The notes below the pieces were generated by a model. That model had not been told where the DNA came from. It worked only from the letters and a program-made list of their open reading frames with translations, and did not search any database. From IMG/VR virus record IMGVR_UViG_3300027759_000050, positions 64,001 through 128,000 of that record: 64,000 bases of DNA. One strand, written 5' to 3'. The number at the start of each line of letters is the position of its first letter. The first letter of the stretch is position 1. Source of the DNA: a virus. Positions 7,789 through 17,724 of this stretch are shown piece after piece. Both the position numbers and the translations under genes were made by a program.

Positions 7789-8439
7789 ATGATATACACA
7801 ATTTACAAGTCTGTCAATAGACAAAACGGCAAAGTTTATATAGGTTTTGATTCCAATTGGCCTAACCGAGTTAAAATACATAAATCTTCCTATAAAAAAC
7901 AAGATTATAAGTTCTACAGAGCCATCCAAAAATATGGATGGGAAGAATTCGAATGGTCTGTTGTATATCAATCTTTAGAAGAAGAACATACATTAAATAT
8001 TATGGAAAACTTTTTCATAAAAGAATACGATTCATATCAAAATGGATATAATTCAACATTGGGTGGTGATGGTACATTAGGTGTTGAAATGTCCAAAGAA
8101 AATAAATTGAAAATGAGTGTGTTGCATAGTGGTAAAAAATTAACGGCAGAACACATTGAAATACTTCGTGAAAAGGGTAAAAAATTAGTTGGTGATAAAA
8201 ATCCAATGTTTGGTAAAAAACTCACAGATGAACACAAAAAGAAGATTTCTAAATCCAGTAAAGGTGTATCGAAAGTTTTTACGGAAGAACATAAAAAAAA
8301 TCTAAAATGTCATAACAATAATTCATCCAAAGTTTTATGTCCCTATTGTGATAAAATTGGACAATTAACAAACATGAAGCGTTGGCATTTTGATAATTGT
8401 AAATTAAGTCCAAAGTCCTCTATAGTAACGGCCAAATAG
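7789..8439 (+). CDS. Free-standing GIY-YIG homing endonuclease with NUMOD3 repeats
   Basis: TIYK...NGKVYIG, GYNST.GGDG, repeated GKKLT.EH, NPMFGK; antisense to neighbours; late-like CTAAATA at 7777-7783. Confidence 0.9.
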   Translation: MIYTIYKSVNRQNGKVYIGFDSNWPNRVKIHKSSYKKQDYKFYRAIQKYGWEEFEWSVVYQSLEEEHTLNIMENFFIKEYDSYQNGYNSTLGGDGTLGVEMSKENKLKMSVLHSGKKLTAEHIEILREKGKKLVGDKNPMFGKKLTDEHKKKISKSSKGVSKVFTEEHKKNLKCHNNNSSKVLCPYCDKIGQLTNMKRWHFDNCKLSPKSSIVTAK

Positions 8440-9081
8440 AAGCATAGCATTGTCAATACGATCCGAATGGACCTTGTAACCTTCAACATCAAAGTGACTG
8501 GTATCTTTATCTGTTTTCCTCATTTCAAACATACCATCATCTTTTGGAATCCATTCGTGGTCATGTACACCTGTATGGTATTGAGCATCCCAATCATAAT
8601 CAGGTTGTTCTTGTTCAAAACCCCAAATGATTTCATCAAGTACCCAATCCCAACGCTTGAAATGGTTTTCATCGGTGTCCCATTCATTTTCTTTAGGTGG
8701 TGCTTCAGTAGAACGGAGATTCAAACCTTCAGGTACATCTTCATCACGGACATATGGTGCACCGTGTTTACGATCCTTTAGTTGTTTCAACATTGGCAGA
8801 ATAATCAAAGCCAATGTTCCATCCATGTTCCAAGTATCCCAACGGTCAATTTTTACCTCGACAGTTCGATTTCTTTTTGAATGTACCCAGTGGCAAAACT
8901 TAGACAGAAGCGATTCTTCACCTTTGCTGTTTTTACTTAAGCGTTTACCAAATTCGTGTACCCAATCTGGTTTATCTTTAAATCCGTGTTCATCTTTTAC
9001 TTCTTTAACCCAAAAGCAAAGCATATCTGCAATCTGATATGGGCCAATCCAGTTGATGTAGGGACCAATTTTGATTTTCAT
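8404..9081 (-). CDS. Conserved T4-like phage protein
   Basis: ID.WDTW.MD.TLA.II.PML.QL...KHG.P and RWDWVLDE motifs. Confidence 0.75.
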   Translation of the reverse strand: MKIKIGPYINWIGPYQIADMLCFWVKEVKDEHGFKDKPDWVHEFGKRLSKNSKGEESLLSKFCHWVHSKRNRTVEVKIDRWDTWNMDGTLALIILPMLKQLKDRKHGAPYVRDEDVPEGLNLRSTEAPPKENEWDTDENHFKRWDWVLDEIIWGFEQEQPDYDWDAQYHTGVHDHEWIPKDDGMFEMRKTDKDTSHFDVEGYKVHSDRIDNAMLLFGRYYRGLWT

Positions 9082-9347
9082 TACATACCTTTAATTTCAG
9101 GATTATCTTCGACAAAAGCAATCAATGCATGAGTAAGAAACTTAACTTGTTCTTCATTCATTTTTAGATTGTATGCATCACTGAGTATATGTAGGGTTTC
9201 ATGCCACAAAGCAATCTTTTTGGTTTGCTCTGAAAAATTGTTATTGATCCAAATCTCTTGGTCATTGAAACGAGCTAAGCCAATATTGCCTTGCATTTCT
9301 TCTGGTGTTTTGTACAACACCTCATAGTTTATTCCACAAATTTTCAT
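9081..9347 (-). CDS. Small zincin-like protein (HExxH)
   Basis: LWHETLH motif. Confidence 0.6.
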   Translation of the reverse strand: MKICGINYEVLYKTPEEMQGNIGLARFNDQEIWINNNFSEQTKKIALWHETLHILSDAYNLKMNEEQVKFLTHALIAFVEDNPEIKGM

Positions 9348-9595
9348 ATTTCTTCCCTGTTAGTCCAATTCTTCCTACATTCTTCTTCTGAGGATTTCAA
9401 ATACAACATACAATCAGAAATGTATTGTATTGGTGTAGTTTCAATTACAACTTCAACCGATTTGTCTTCAATCTTTACAATTGGAACAATTTCAACAATC
9501 TTTTGTTCTACAGGTACAATACAGGTTTTATTATCATCAGTGCAAGCATGAAGTAAAAAACAAATAAGCACAACGGCCAAAATTTTATCAAACAT
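9344..9595 (-). CDS. Putative lipoprotein
   Basis: Signal peptide with LHAC lipobox. Confidence 0.55.
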   Translation of the reverse strand: MFDKILAVVLICFLLHACTDDNKTCIVPVEQKIVEIVPIVKIEDKSVEVVIETTPIQYISDCMLYLKSSEEECRKNWTNREEI

Positions 9596-9597
9596 TT

Positions 9598-9948
9598 TTA
9601 GTTAATGTAAGGTTCACAGTTAACAGAAATGGGTACCAGAATTTTGCCAGCTTCTGCACGGACAGAAACATAGGTAACACGAGGACGCATTTTAGAAAGA
9701 ACACATTCACGGGAATGCATTGCTAGTTCGTTAGAGTCCATTGCTTCAGGACCTTTGTAGTTTTGCAACTTGTAGGTATCTGTTTCAACGGGCTTAGGCA
9801 TGTTGACAATAACGGTTGGTGCCGGTGCAGGCTTTGCAGGAACATTTACTTCCCATGCAGTCTTATTGGAAGCTGCACAACCAGTGATAAGAACAACAGC
9901 AGCAAGAGCTGACAACAATTTAACTTTCATAATATACTCACTTTTCAC
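9598..9948 (-). CDS. Putative lipoprotein
   Basis: ITGC lipobox. Confidence 0.65.
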   Translation of the reverse strand: MKSEYIMKVKLLSALAAVVLITGCAASNKTAWEVNVPAKPAPAPTVIVNMPKPVETDTYKLQNYKGPEAMDSNELAMHSRECVLSKMRPRVTYVSVRAEAGKILVPISVNCEPYIN

Positions 9949-10169
9949 AAAAAACGACCAGTATGGTCACTAACAAACTTTCGCACCATTTCATCATATG
10001 GTTTACCAAGATACATTGCTTCCCAAATCAAACGCAATTCATCTGTAGGATCACCCATTGGAAGACTACCAACAGATTGAAATACTGTATAACCTTTACG
10101 CTCAATGTAATCAATTATATCATCAGTATCAAAATCATCTAGATGAACTTCAACTTCAACATAAGCCAT
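9945..10169 (-). CDS. Hypothetical protein
   Basis: Coupled ORF. Confidence 0.6.
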   Translation of the reverse strand: MAYVEVEVHLDDFDTDDIIDYIERKGYTVFQSVGSLPMGDPTDELRLIWEAMYLGKPYDEMVRKFVSDHTGRFL

Positions 10170-10171
10170 GA

Positions 10172-10429
10172 TTATGCTCCGAATGTAATCGACTTAACAG
10201 ATTCAATACTGAATGCACGCCAGCCTTTAATATCCAAATCAAACACAGCAACTGATGTTTCAGATTTAGCACGCTGAGTAGTTTCAGTGGATTCAGGCAG
10301 GTCTTTGACCGGCAGCCATTCAGGCATAAGTGTACAACGCATATTGCGGTCAGTACCATCTTTCTTAACAAAAGCCACTGTCACAACTTGGTCAGTTAGC
10401 AATTCTTCAAACCATTTACGATTCATCAT
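10172..10429 (-). CDS. SH3/WYL_2-like beta-barrel protein
   Basis: V.F.KKDGT.R.M.CTL and VFDLD..GWRAF motifs. Confidence 0.75.
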   Translation of the reverse strand: MMNRKWFEELLTDQVVTVAFVKKDGTDRNMRCTLMPEWLPVKDLPESTETTQRAKSETSVAVFDLDIKGWRAFSIESVKSITFGA

Positions 10430-10440
10430 ATATCCTCAAT

Positions 10441-11529
10441 TTACAATTTACTCTTAATACTATTGATTAGGTCATTTGCCTGGGCAAAATCCCCGTCCTC
10501 GGGACCATCATAACACAAAACTCGACGATTGTCAAGCTCTTCGCTGTACATTTTCAAAAGTTCGGTTGCATATTCCCTGTCCTGCATAGGGGCCGACAAC
10601 CACCACGCAAGTAATGTCATTTCATCCAAACTCATTAGGTAATGTAGGTTTTTTCGGTCTCTTTTTTTCATGCCAATGTGTCCACTCTTTGTCCTGTAGG
10701 ACGGTTTAATTTACGATTCATTTCAACACGCTGAGCCTCATCAACTTTTCGCTGTTCTTTGTTTCTAATTTCCTCTTGCACCAATTCTGTATGTTCTTTT
10801 TCCATTCTTTTACAGTCTTGCAATCTATACAGCTCATTAGTATGTGTTTGGAGTGAATTGATTTTCATTTGCGGAATCCAGAACTGCGTAGAAAATAGTT
10901 AGCAAGCAAAAGGATAAAATTGATACCAGCAAACCAATAGTGACCCTTTGCAAGAGAATCCAGTGTACCCATTATCAAGATTCCTATTACAAGCCAAGTA
11001 ATCTCTACATTGTTTTCTTTGTACCATTCTGTAATGCTTTGAGATTCTGGTCGTGGCGGATTGGCAGGACAATCACGACCTTGATTGCAATCACCATGGC
11101 ATGGCGGGCAGGTCAATTCGTTCTCTATACTATCAGCAATCTGACGCTTTCTCCAACCACTCATACAGTCTCCAATTCTTCCGTTACGATAGTTGTTACA
11201 ATAGTTTCTCTTTCAGTAACAGGTGTCACAGTAGTGGGTCGACCAATATATCGTCCTTCTGCATTAAACTCGTTACAATTCTTTAGTTGATATGCGGTGA
11301 CATTGCGACCTGTCTTGAACACTTTAATCACGCCTCCATCACGACGGATATTGTATATATTAGTCGGCAACCGATACAGGACTGCCTCTTGGTCGGTGCC
11401 CTTGAAACAGGCCTTAATATCATCTGGTGATACAGGCAGGCCTGACAACAGGACAACAGTGATTTTTTCGTGGCGATTTTGTTTGCCGGTGCGTACTTTA
11501 AGTTTTGTAGCCATAATATATTCTTTCAA
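10441..11529 (-). other. Run of four small hypothetical genes (10441-10671, 10668-10868, 10865-11164, 11161-11529)
   Basis: ATGA-overlapped ORFs; 10865-11164 has CPPCHGDCNQGRDCP plus TM segments. Confidence 0.6.
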
Positions 11530-12708
11530 TTAAAAGGGAATCTCATCATCAAATGCCGGTGCAACCGGTTTTGCAGGTGTTGGCACTGGTTCAGGTTCAG
11601 GTGCATGGACTTTTGCATCAACCTTGCTATACAGGTCAAGGAATGCAGTCTTAGTTTCTTCATCGAAACGATTGACACAGAGTGTAATAGCCTTCATACG
11701 GTCATTGAAAATCGTATATGCTCGTGCAATGTGAACCAAACGGCGAGTAGAAATGATTTCATCTGTACCACCCTCTTTGAATGTCTTACGAACTGTATCA
11801 GCCCATGTAACCAAGCAGGTAACAAAATCTTCTTCAGCAATCAAAGGCTTCAGAATCTTTGTTTCAGTCTTAACATCAGGATAGTCCTGTTCGACTGTAA
11901 TAGGGAATCGTTCAAGGAATGCATCATCAAGAATTTGTGACAGATACTTACCCTCATCTGAACCACGACCTTTGGTGTTCGCAGTAGCAATGATATTGAA
12001 ACCGGTTTTAGGATGTACCAACTCACCAGATTTTTTGTTGTAGTAAGGTTTGCCCTCAAGGATGCCTTGCAAGCACATTAGTTTGTTTGAACCGCGGTCA
12101 ACTTCATCGATTAGAAGGACTGCACCGCGTTTCATAGCGATAATGACAGGACCATCACGGTTGACGACATTGCCGTTGACAAGAGTAGGACCACCCAGCA
12201 GGTCTGATTCATCAGTTTCAATAGAAATGTTAACACGGATGCACTCACGCTGGAGCTCAGCACATACTTGTTCAACCATAAGTGTTTTGCCGTTGCCAGA
12301 ATGACCAGTAACGAACACGGGATAAAACATAGAAGACTTAACAATATTGCGAAGGTCTTTAAAGAAACCAAAAGGGACATAATCAGGGTACTTTACGGGA
12401 ATAGAGGTGTCAGATTCATCAACCAGTTTAGGTTGGCGAAATGAAAGGACTTGACCAACTGCCATATCAACAGTTTCAAGCTCAGGTTCTTTTGCTTTCA
12501 CAGATACAAGACCTGGAATAAAGGGAACAATATACTGACCACGACCTGCACGGTGTTCAGTCTTAGTTACTAACCAGAAAGGATAGGTGCAACCAGATTC
12601 TTCTACAACATCAGAAATTTGGTCACGGGAAATAATTGCACCGACACCATACTTTTGTGTAGCTGCTGCAATAAACTCTTTTTGATTCTTATTCATCATT
12701 TTCTCCAT
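11530..12708 (-). CDS. cobS: CobS/MoxR-type AAA+ ATPase
   Basis: GHSGNGKT, LLIDEVD, ATANTKG.G, AFLERF, ISTRRL. Confidence 0.85.
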   Translation of the reverse strand: MEKMMNKNQKEFIAAATQKYGVGAIISRDQISDVVEESGCTYPFWLVTKTEHRAGRGQYIVPFIPGLVSVKAKEPELETVDMAVGQVLSFRQPKLVDESDTSIPVKYPDYVPFGFFKDLRNIVKSSMFYPVFVTGHSGNGKTLMVEQVCAELQRECIRVNISIETDESDLLGGPTLVNGNVVNRDGPVIIAMKRGAVLLIDEVDRGSNKLMCLQGILEGKPYYNKKSGELVHPKTGFNIIATANTKGRGSDEGKYLSQILDDAFLERFPITVEQDYPDVKTETKILKPLIAEEDFVTCLVTWADTVRKTFKEGGTDEIISTRRLVHIARAYTIFNDRMKAITLCVNRFDEETKTAFLDLYSKVDAKVHAPEPEPVPTPAKPVAPAFDDEIPF

Positions 12709-12860
12709 CTACTGTCAGGCCCAATGCAGCCTGCACTTGTTTAATATCAACTTCCAACATCAATGCAATGTCATCAGGTTCATAACCATTATCAGCCATA
12801 TCCTGAATATCTGCGTAAACATCTTTCATTTTTGCCATACAATCCTCAGTTAAAAATTAC

Positions 12861-12889
12861 ATTATACACCATTTTTCGGTATATGTCAA
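12861..12889 (-). promoter_or_regulatory. sigma70 early promoter
   Basis: TTGACA-17-TATAAT. Confidence 0.8.
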
Positions 12890-12903
12890 GCACTTTTTTG
12901 GTT

Positions 12904-13440
12904 TTAGCCCTTGACAATATCGAAACTCAGTATAGGATGGCGGTGTCCCTGATTGAACATAGGTGCTCTAGTGGTTTCTTTCCATGTCCAGATTTCATTA
13001 AAACCTTCCTCTAATTTAGGAGGTTCATATCCTTGGATCATGTTATCAATTACATCCACTGGAATAACTTTACCAGCACGAAGGCTTAATCTTTGATTCA
13101 ATTCTGACCTGTCAGGTGTAGGAAATACCACAGCAATAATATAGTAATCAGACAACATAGCGAACTTTTTACGCCGACTGTTTATAGTAGTGGAGGTTTG
13201 ATCCCAAATAATATCCTGATTGTTTTCGCGAGCATAGATAACTTCAGCAGCCATCAACTCTACGGCTGCTGGCATAAAAGTGGAGAAAATATCACTATAC
13301 TCCCGATACAATTCTCCAGCCCATTTTTCAATGTGTTTGTCTGTAGAAATGTAAGCACACTCACTAGCCCATTTTTGATTTTGTGCCCAAGAAGATTTAC
13401 CTGAACCTGGAACACCAACCAACATATACAAATAACTCAT
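12904..13440 (-). CDS. P-loop kinase (AAA_33, polynucleotide-kinase-like)
   Basis: GVPGSGKS, ISTD, IIWDQT. Confidence 0.8.
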   Translation of the reverse strand: MSYLYMLVGVPGSGKSSWAQNQKWASECAYISTDKHIEKWAGELYREYSDIFSTFMPAAVELMAAEVIYARENNQDIIWDQTSTTINSRRKKFAMLSDYYIIAVVFPTPDRSELNQRLSLRAGKVIPVDVIDNMIQGYEPPKLEEGFNEIWTWKETTRAPMFNQGHRHPILSFDIVKG

Positions 13441-13649
13441 TCTTCAACTCCGAAATGTTTTTTAATCTCTAGAATAGGATGTAGGTATTCTTCACCTGGT
13501 CTGCTCATTCTAACAGTATACGGAGCAATAATGTCAATACATTCCTGCACAATCAACTCGGCGAACTTTTCTTTGTCAAATGTTCGTTCTTGTCCGTTAC
13601 TATAACATTCAGTAGCCTGTTTGATAAGTTCTCGAATTCGTTCGTTCAT
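13437..13649 (-). CDS. Small phage protein, MNERI...KFAELIV family (copy 1)
   Basis: Paralogous to 18171-18398. Confidence 0.7.
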   Translation of the reverse strand: MNERIRELIKQATECYSNGQERTFDKEKFAELIVQECIDIIAPYTVRMSRPGEEYLHPILEIKKHFGVEE

Positions 13650-14413
13650 ATCTTCACCTTTTTTACCTCGACAAAGGTCCTATTCTTAAAGTTCATTATC
13701 AGGCCATTTTTGAAAAATGCTACCTCATCACTATCTTGCCGAATGTAACCTACAGCCTTCACCGTCTTACCTTTAGGTTTATCTTCAAACAAGTATAGAT
13801 GATTGCAGGCCGAACCTGCCATCTTCCAATCAGTTGTTTCTTTTAGAATGTGGTACATAACTTTTGATACCTTCAACGATAGCATTATAAACGGCACGAA
13901 CGGACATATAGTATTCGTAATTTACATTTTCCACATCTACATTTTCATATTGATTATAATCTTGAAGGTCGATAATATCACAGGCCAAATTCACTGGTGT
14001 TTTGTATGCAGCAGTGAAACTTTCACGGTCATTATGCCTAGTGAATCCATTTCTATTTGAAATAAACTCATACGACCTTTTGGTCATAAATTCAATATCA
14101 ATAGTTGCACAGACAATCAGGTTGCTAGCAATAAGCACCTGGTCTGCTTTTGATATAGGTTCTCTCATATTAGGTCCAACTGAATTTGATATGATTGCTC
14201 TTTCATTTCATGGTCGAATATTCGTATTGTAGTACCAACACCACCACAATTTTCATTTTTCATTATGTGCAGGACATTCAGCAATGCTGTAGTTTGTGTG
14301 CTAAAAGGACCACACACAAGGTCTTGAATTGTTGTATTATAACCAACACCATTGACGATAGCACGAACCCGTTGCTTGTTTTTGAAACCGGGAACAATTT
14401 GTTTAGTACGCAT
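13646..14413 (-). other. Three small hypothetical genes (13646-13858, 13830-14168, 14165-14413)
   Basis: Coupled ORFs downstream of the promoter at 14444-14471. Confidence 0.55.
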
Positions 14414-14443
14414 AAAAATCCTATTTACTGAGTCAATAGTGGT

Positions 14444-14496
14444 ATTATACACTATTCGGCATAAATGTCAATGGTATGTGTTGTTTTTAGGCAACA
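14444..14496 (-). promoter_or_regulatory. sigma70 early promoter with upstream TGTTG-N8-CAACA palindrome
   Basis: TTGACA-16-TATAAT; TGTTGCCTAAAAACAACA. Confidence 0.75.
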
Positions 14497-14663
14497 GTCC
14501 TAGGGAATGTTTTCATCCATTCCACTAGAATGTCTCGCGCTTCATACCGGCCGAGTCCATACTGTTCCTGGATCAATCGGCCACCCTCAAACATATTGAC
14601 AGCACCAGATTCTCGGACAGCGTCCAGGAAATCGAACATTTCATCTTTCATATCATTACTCAT
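14487..14663 (-). CDS. Small conserved phage protein (LD..RESG..NMF family), absent from ORF track
   Basis: MSNDMKDEMFDFLDAVRESGAVNMF...TVA*; AGGAG RBS. Confidence 0.7.
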   Translation of the reverse strand: MSNDMKDEMFDFLDAVRESGAVNMFEGGRLIQEQYGLGRYEARDILVEWMKTFPRTVA

Positions 14664-14675
14664 ATTAAACTCCTA

Positions 14676-15542
14676 TCAACCGCAGATAGCGTATTCCGCC
14701 AATTCTTTCCACTTACCATTCGGATTAGATTTCCGAATCTTAATCACTTGCATAAGAGTACGCAAGGACAATTCTTTGATTTTCTCGCACAGAGTATCAA
14801 TCAGCTCCATTGCATCCGACTTGTGAGTCATAGCAAAATCTTCCATGAAGTCTGGTTGAGTCAACAGGAAATGCATACGCTCGACCTTCTGCTTAGCAGT
14901 CATAGTCAAGTCAACAGCAAGCGAACGGGTAATGATTGCTTGGTCCATAGAACCTGAGGACAGGTTAGAGATAAACACCACACGGCCTTTGAATTCAAAG
15001 ACATTAGGCAGGTCTTCATCTTTAATATCTGCACGCCAAGAGATGATACGGCGAGAGTACGAATCGAGAGCAGCTTTGAGCAGATTCAAGGACACAGGAT
15101 CCTTGAGCACAGAGTCACAATCATCGAACACGATAACCGAATTGCGGTTCTCATACAGGACACGATACAGACCTTTAGGTGTAGAGTAACCTTTGATAAC
15201 ACGATACGAATTCTTGGGGATATTGTCGCCAACATCGAGCTCATCGAGCACAGATACATCATTGAAACCGGCGTCACGCAGAGCAGCCGACACAGTATGA
15301 GATTTACCAAGACCACCAGGACCAGTAACAACCACGGACGCTTGGTCGCCGTTAGCGAGCATAGTGACCATATCTTTCACAAAACCGAAACGCTGGTTGA
15401 TTGTGAATTTAGATTCAACGACAGGTTCTGCCGCATCGGTACGCTTGAGCATACGCTCTAGAGCACGGCGATTGGAACGCTTGACGGTTTTGCCGTCAAT
15501 GATAGCTGCAAATTTGTCGCCGAGAGTGAAAATGTTTGACAT
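14676..15542 (-). CDS. AAA-family ATPase
   Basis: GPGGLGKS, IVFDDCD, LLKAALD, F.GRVVFISN. Confidence 0.8.
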   Translation of the reverse strand: MSNIFTLGDKFAAIIDGKTVKRSNRRALERMLKRTDAAEPVVESKFTINQRFGFVKDMVTMLANGDQASVVVTGPGGLGKSHTVSAALRDAGFNDVSVLDELDVGDNIPKNSYRVIKGYSTPKGLYRVLYENRNSVIVFDDCDSVLKDPVSLNLLKAALDSYSRRIISWRADIKDEDLPNVFEFKGRVVFISNLSSGSMDQAIITRSLAVDLTMTAKQKVERMHFLLTQPDFMEDFAMTHKSDAMELIDTLCEKIKELSLRTLMQVIKIRKSNPNGKWKELAEYAICG

Positions 15543-15642
15543 AAAATCTCCAGTAGTCAATCAGTTAAAATGGCAATTATACACGATTGGGACGGAAAGT
15601 CAAGCAACCACAGTTGTGATTTTTGTTGTTTTTAGGCAACAG
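15543..15642 (-). repeat. About 100-bp early promoter/RBS cassette, copy 1
   Basis: Identical to 16026-16125 except 2 nt; contains TTGACT..TATAAT and GGAGA RBS. Confidence 0.95.
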
Positions 15643-16024
15643 ATTTTTCGGTGCAGAATTCACCGAATTCGGCCCAAGTGCCATAAAAAATAACGGCGTT
15701 TTTATAGTTTTTTACAAGTACGAATTCCTGATAGATGTGGTATTCGTATTCTTGGCCGGCATCATTCGTATTGGTGGGGTAGAGATAAAATGCACCAGTT
15801 CCAATTTTGAAATGTGCAATCATTTGAGCAGCCAGGCAACCCATGCCGTTTGCTGTTTTACGGGTTTCACCAACTTGGATGCCATTGGTTATGGCTTCAA
15901 ACTGATTCAGGAATTCAACCAGTTCGGCACCGTGGCCTGTAGGATAACCATCAAACTGGCGGTACATACAAACCAAAGGTTCATCATTTGAATCGTAAAC
16001 AAAAGTCAATGAACGAGTACCCAT
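15632..16024 (-). CDS. Conserved phage protein (MGTRS...Y...DGYP.GHG family)
   Basis: Motif recognition; lies between the two cassette copies. Confidence 0.75.
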   Translation of the reverse strand: MGTRSLTFVYDSNDEPLVCMYRQFDGYPTGHGAELVEFLNQFEAITNGIQVGETRKTANGMGCLAAQMIAHFKIGTGAFYLYPTNTNDAGQEYEYHIYQEFVLVKNYKNAVIFYGTWAEFGEFCTEKSVA

Positions 16025-16025
16025 A

Positions 16026-16125
16026 AAAATCTCCAGTAGTCAATCAGTTAAAATGGCAATTATACACGATTGGGACGGAAAGTCAAGCAACCACAGTTGT
16101 GATTTTTGTTGTTTTTATACAACAG
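16026..16125 (-). repeat. About 100-bp early promoter/RBS cassette, copy 2
   Basis: Direct repeat of 15543-15642, offset 483. Confidence 0.95.
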
Positions 16126-16347
16126 TTAGACTTGTCCTTTTAGGTCGTCCACTTTTGCATTGATACAGGTGCCTTCCAATGTCTCAATAGGAAATCCTGA
16201 TTTCTCGGCATTTTGAATCATCACTTTCTTTTGTGTATCGATAGATGCTCTGCATTGTACTTCACTCTTATAATGTGTTTGCGCCTGCATAAAATTGCAG
16301 CTTCCGTTTAGGCACATGAATAGTACCGGTATAAAAATTTCAATCAT
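16126..16347 (-). CDS. Small Cys-containing hypothetical protein
   Basis: Coupled ORF. Confidence 0.6.
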   Translation of the reverse strand: MIEIFIPVLFMCLNGSCNFMQAQTHYKSEVQCRASIDTQKKVMIQNAEKSGFPIETLEGTCINAKVDDLKGQV

Positions 16348-16739
16348 TTTGTTTCCTCTGCTAGTTTCCTATAACCCGACCAACTTGGATGTATTTTGTC
16401 TTTCGCAAGTTTTTCAATTGGTAATACAATATCACCATAATCTTTTGCTACCAATTGGACCATTTGCTGAACATAGGGTTTGTTTGCAGGCAATATCCAA
16501 AACACCCTGTCAGCATCAACTCTATTCCTTAGTTTCTGCAACTCCCACAGCGTCCTAACACCCTCATGGTCGTTTGATCCTAGGCTGATAATGACTGTTT
16601 TTGCATTCAGATTCTTATTCGCATTCCGTTTGTTCCATTGAGAACTATTGATACCACTTTCTGCATATGCAATACACCTAGGCCGAAACTGCTGTGTGCC
16701 TTCTGCAATACTATCACCAAGAATCAAACAATCAATCAT
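16344..16739 (-). CDS. SGNH/GDSL hydrolase
   Basis: GDSIA, LGSND, D.IHP blocks. Confidence 0.85.
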   Translation of the reverse strand: MIDCLILGDSIAEGTQQFRPRCIAYAESGINSSQWNKRNANKNLNAKTVIISLGSNDHEGVRTLWELQKLRNRVDADRVFWILPANKPYVQQMVQLVAKDYGDIVLPIEKLAKDKIHPSWSGYRKLAEETK

Positions 16740-16942
16740 TCTTCGATTTCCTCATTCCACATTCTTACAGGCATATAACCCATTGAGCTGTTTAACCAGT
16801 AATCAACTTCCGATTGGGGCATTCCTTCTGCGACCAACCATTTATAGAATTCATTTCCGACTAATGCTTCATCAGGCATTGCTTTTGGGAATCCCCATTT
16901 CCAACCACTTGGTGGGTCACATATAGTTACAGTTTTTTTCAT
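16736..16942 (-). CDS. Hypothetical protein (DPPSGWKWGFPK family)
   Basis: Conserved-looking motif, AAGGA RBS. Confidence 0.7.
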   Translation of the reverse strand: MKKTVTICDPPSGWKWGFPKAMPDEALVGNEFYKWLVAEGMPQSEVDYWLNSSMGYMPVRMWNEEIEE

Positions 16943-16976
16943 ATATTATCCTTATACTGAGTAAATAAAGTCCCTG

Positions 16977-17061
16977 TAGACACCATAGCGGCGTATCAGA
17001 ATCGTAATTAAAACGCCTATGGTCAGTTCCAATGCGAACAAAACCGCTAGTATGGTGCCTA
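16977..17061 (-). ncRNA. Putative intergenic structured RNA
   Basis: UAGGCACCAUA/UAUGGUGUCUA stem (one G.U), inner GCGG/CCGC stem and GUUC-GCAUUG-GAAC hairpin. Confidence 0.4.
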
Positions 17062-17186
17062 AAATTATCATTTTTTAGTAGTCATTTCGACCATCCAAGT
17101 CCTAAAATCACGGCGAGATATATTGGTTATAGGTATACCAGCCGTCTTACAGAAATGGTAAGCATCAAGATAAAATCCAAACTCTT

Positions 17187-17702
17187 TCATACTTTTTCTC
17201 CTTCGGAATCATCTTCATCCATATTTTCTTCTTCCCAATCTCGAATATAACCAACGATATTAAACATTTCATCCAATTCCTCAGGAATGGTTGCAGCAAC
17301 ATCATCGGCATCACCTTCAAGAGCATACTCATCATTCTGGCCATTTTCGTAGATACCAGCAAAGCCCATGCCAGATTCGTAGTAATAACCTTTGACAGTG
17401 TAACCTTGTTCAGTCAGATAATCATAGAATCGAACAGGAGGTGCCCATGCTGAATCAAATGAAAGGGTTACAGATTCATCGGTGTCCTCGGTGACATAAA
17501 CATCCACATCCCACTTGGTTCCCCAATTAGAAACATTCCAATCATACCAGCTTTCTTCTTCACCGGCAGGCCGAGGAAGCAGGACATTCATAAAATCAGT
17601 TGAAACCTTGGTTTGGTTATTCAGCACGGCCTGACGGAACTCATCCAATTTAGATTTATCGGCATGAGAAACAACAACAACATTAGCGCACCAATTAGGC
17701 AT
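17187..17702 (-). CDS. DUF1281/Api92-like ferredoxin-fold protein
   Basis: MPNWC.N, WYDW...NWGTKWD, FDSAWAPP, YYE.GM.FAG. Confidence 0.8.
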   Translation of the reverse strand: MPNWCANVVVVSHADKSKLDEFRQAVLNNQTKVSTDFMNVLLPRPAGEEESWYDWNVSNWGTKWDVDVYVTEDTDESVTLSFDSAWAPPVRFYDYLTEQGYTVKGYYYESGMGFAGIYENGQNDEYALEGDADDVAATIPEELDEMFNIVGYIRDWEEENMDEDDSEGEKV

Positions 17703-17724
17703 AATAATTCCTTAAAATATAAAA

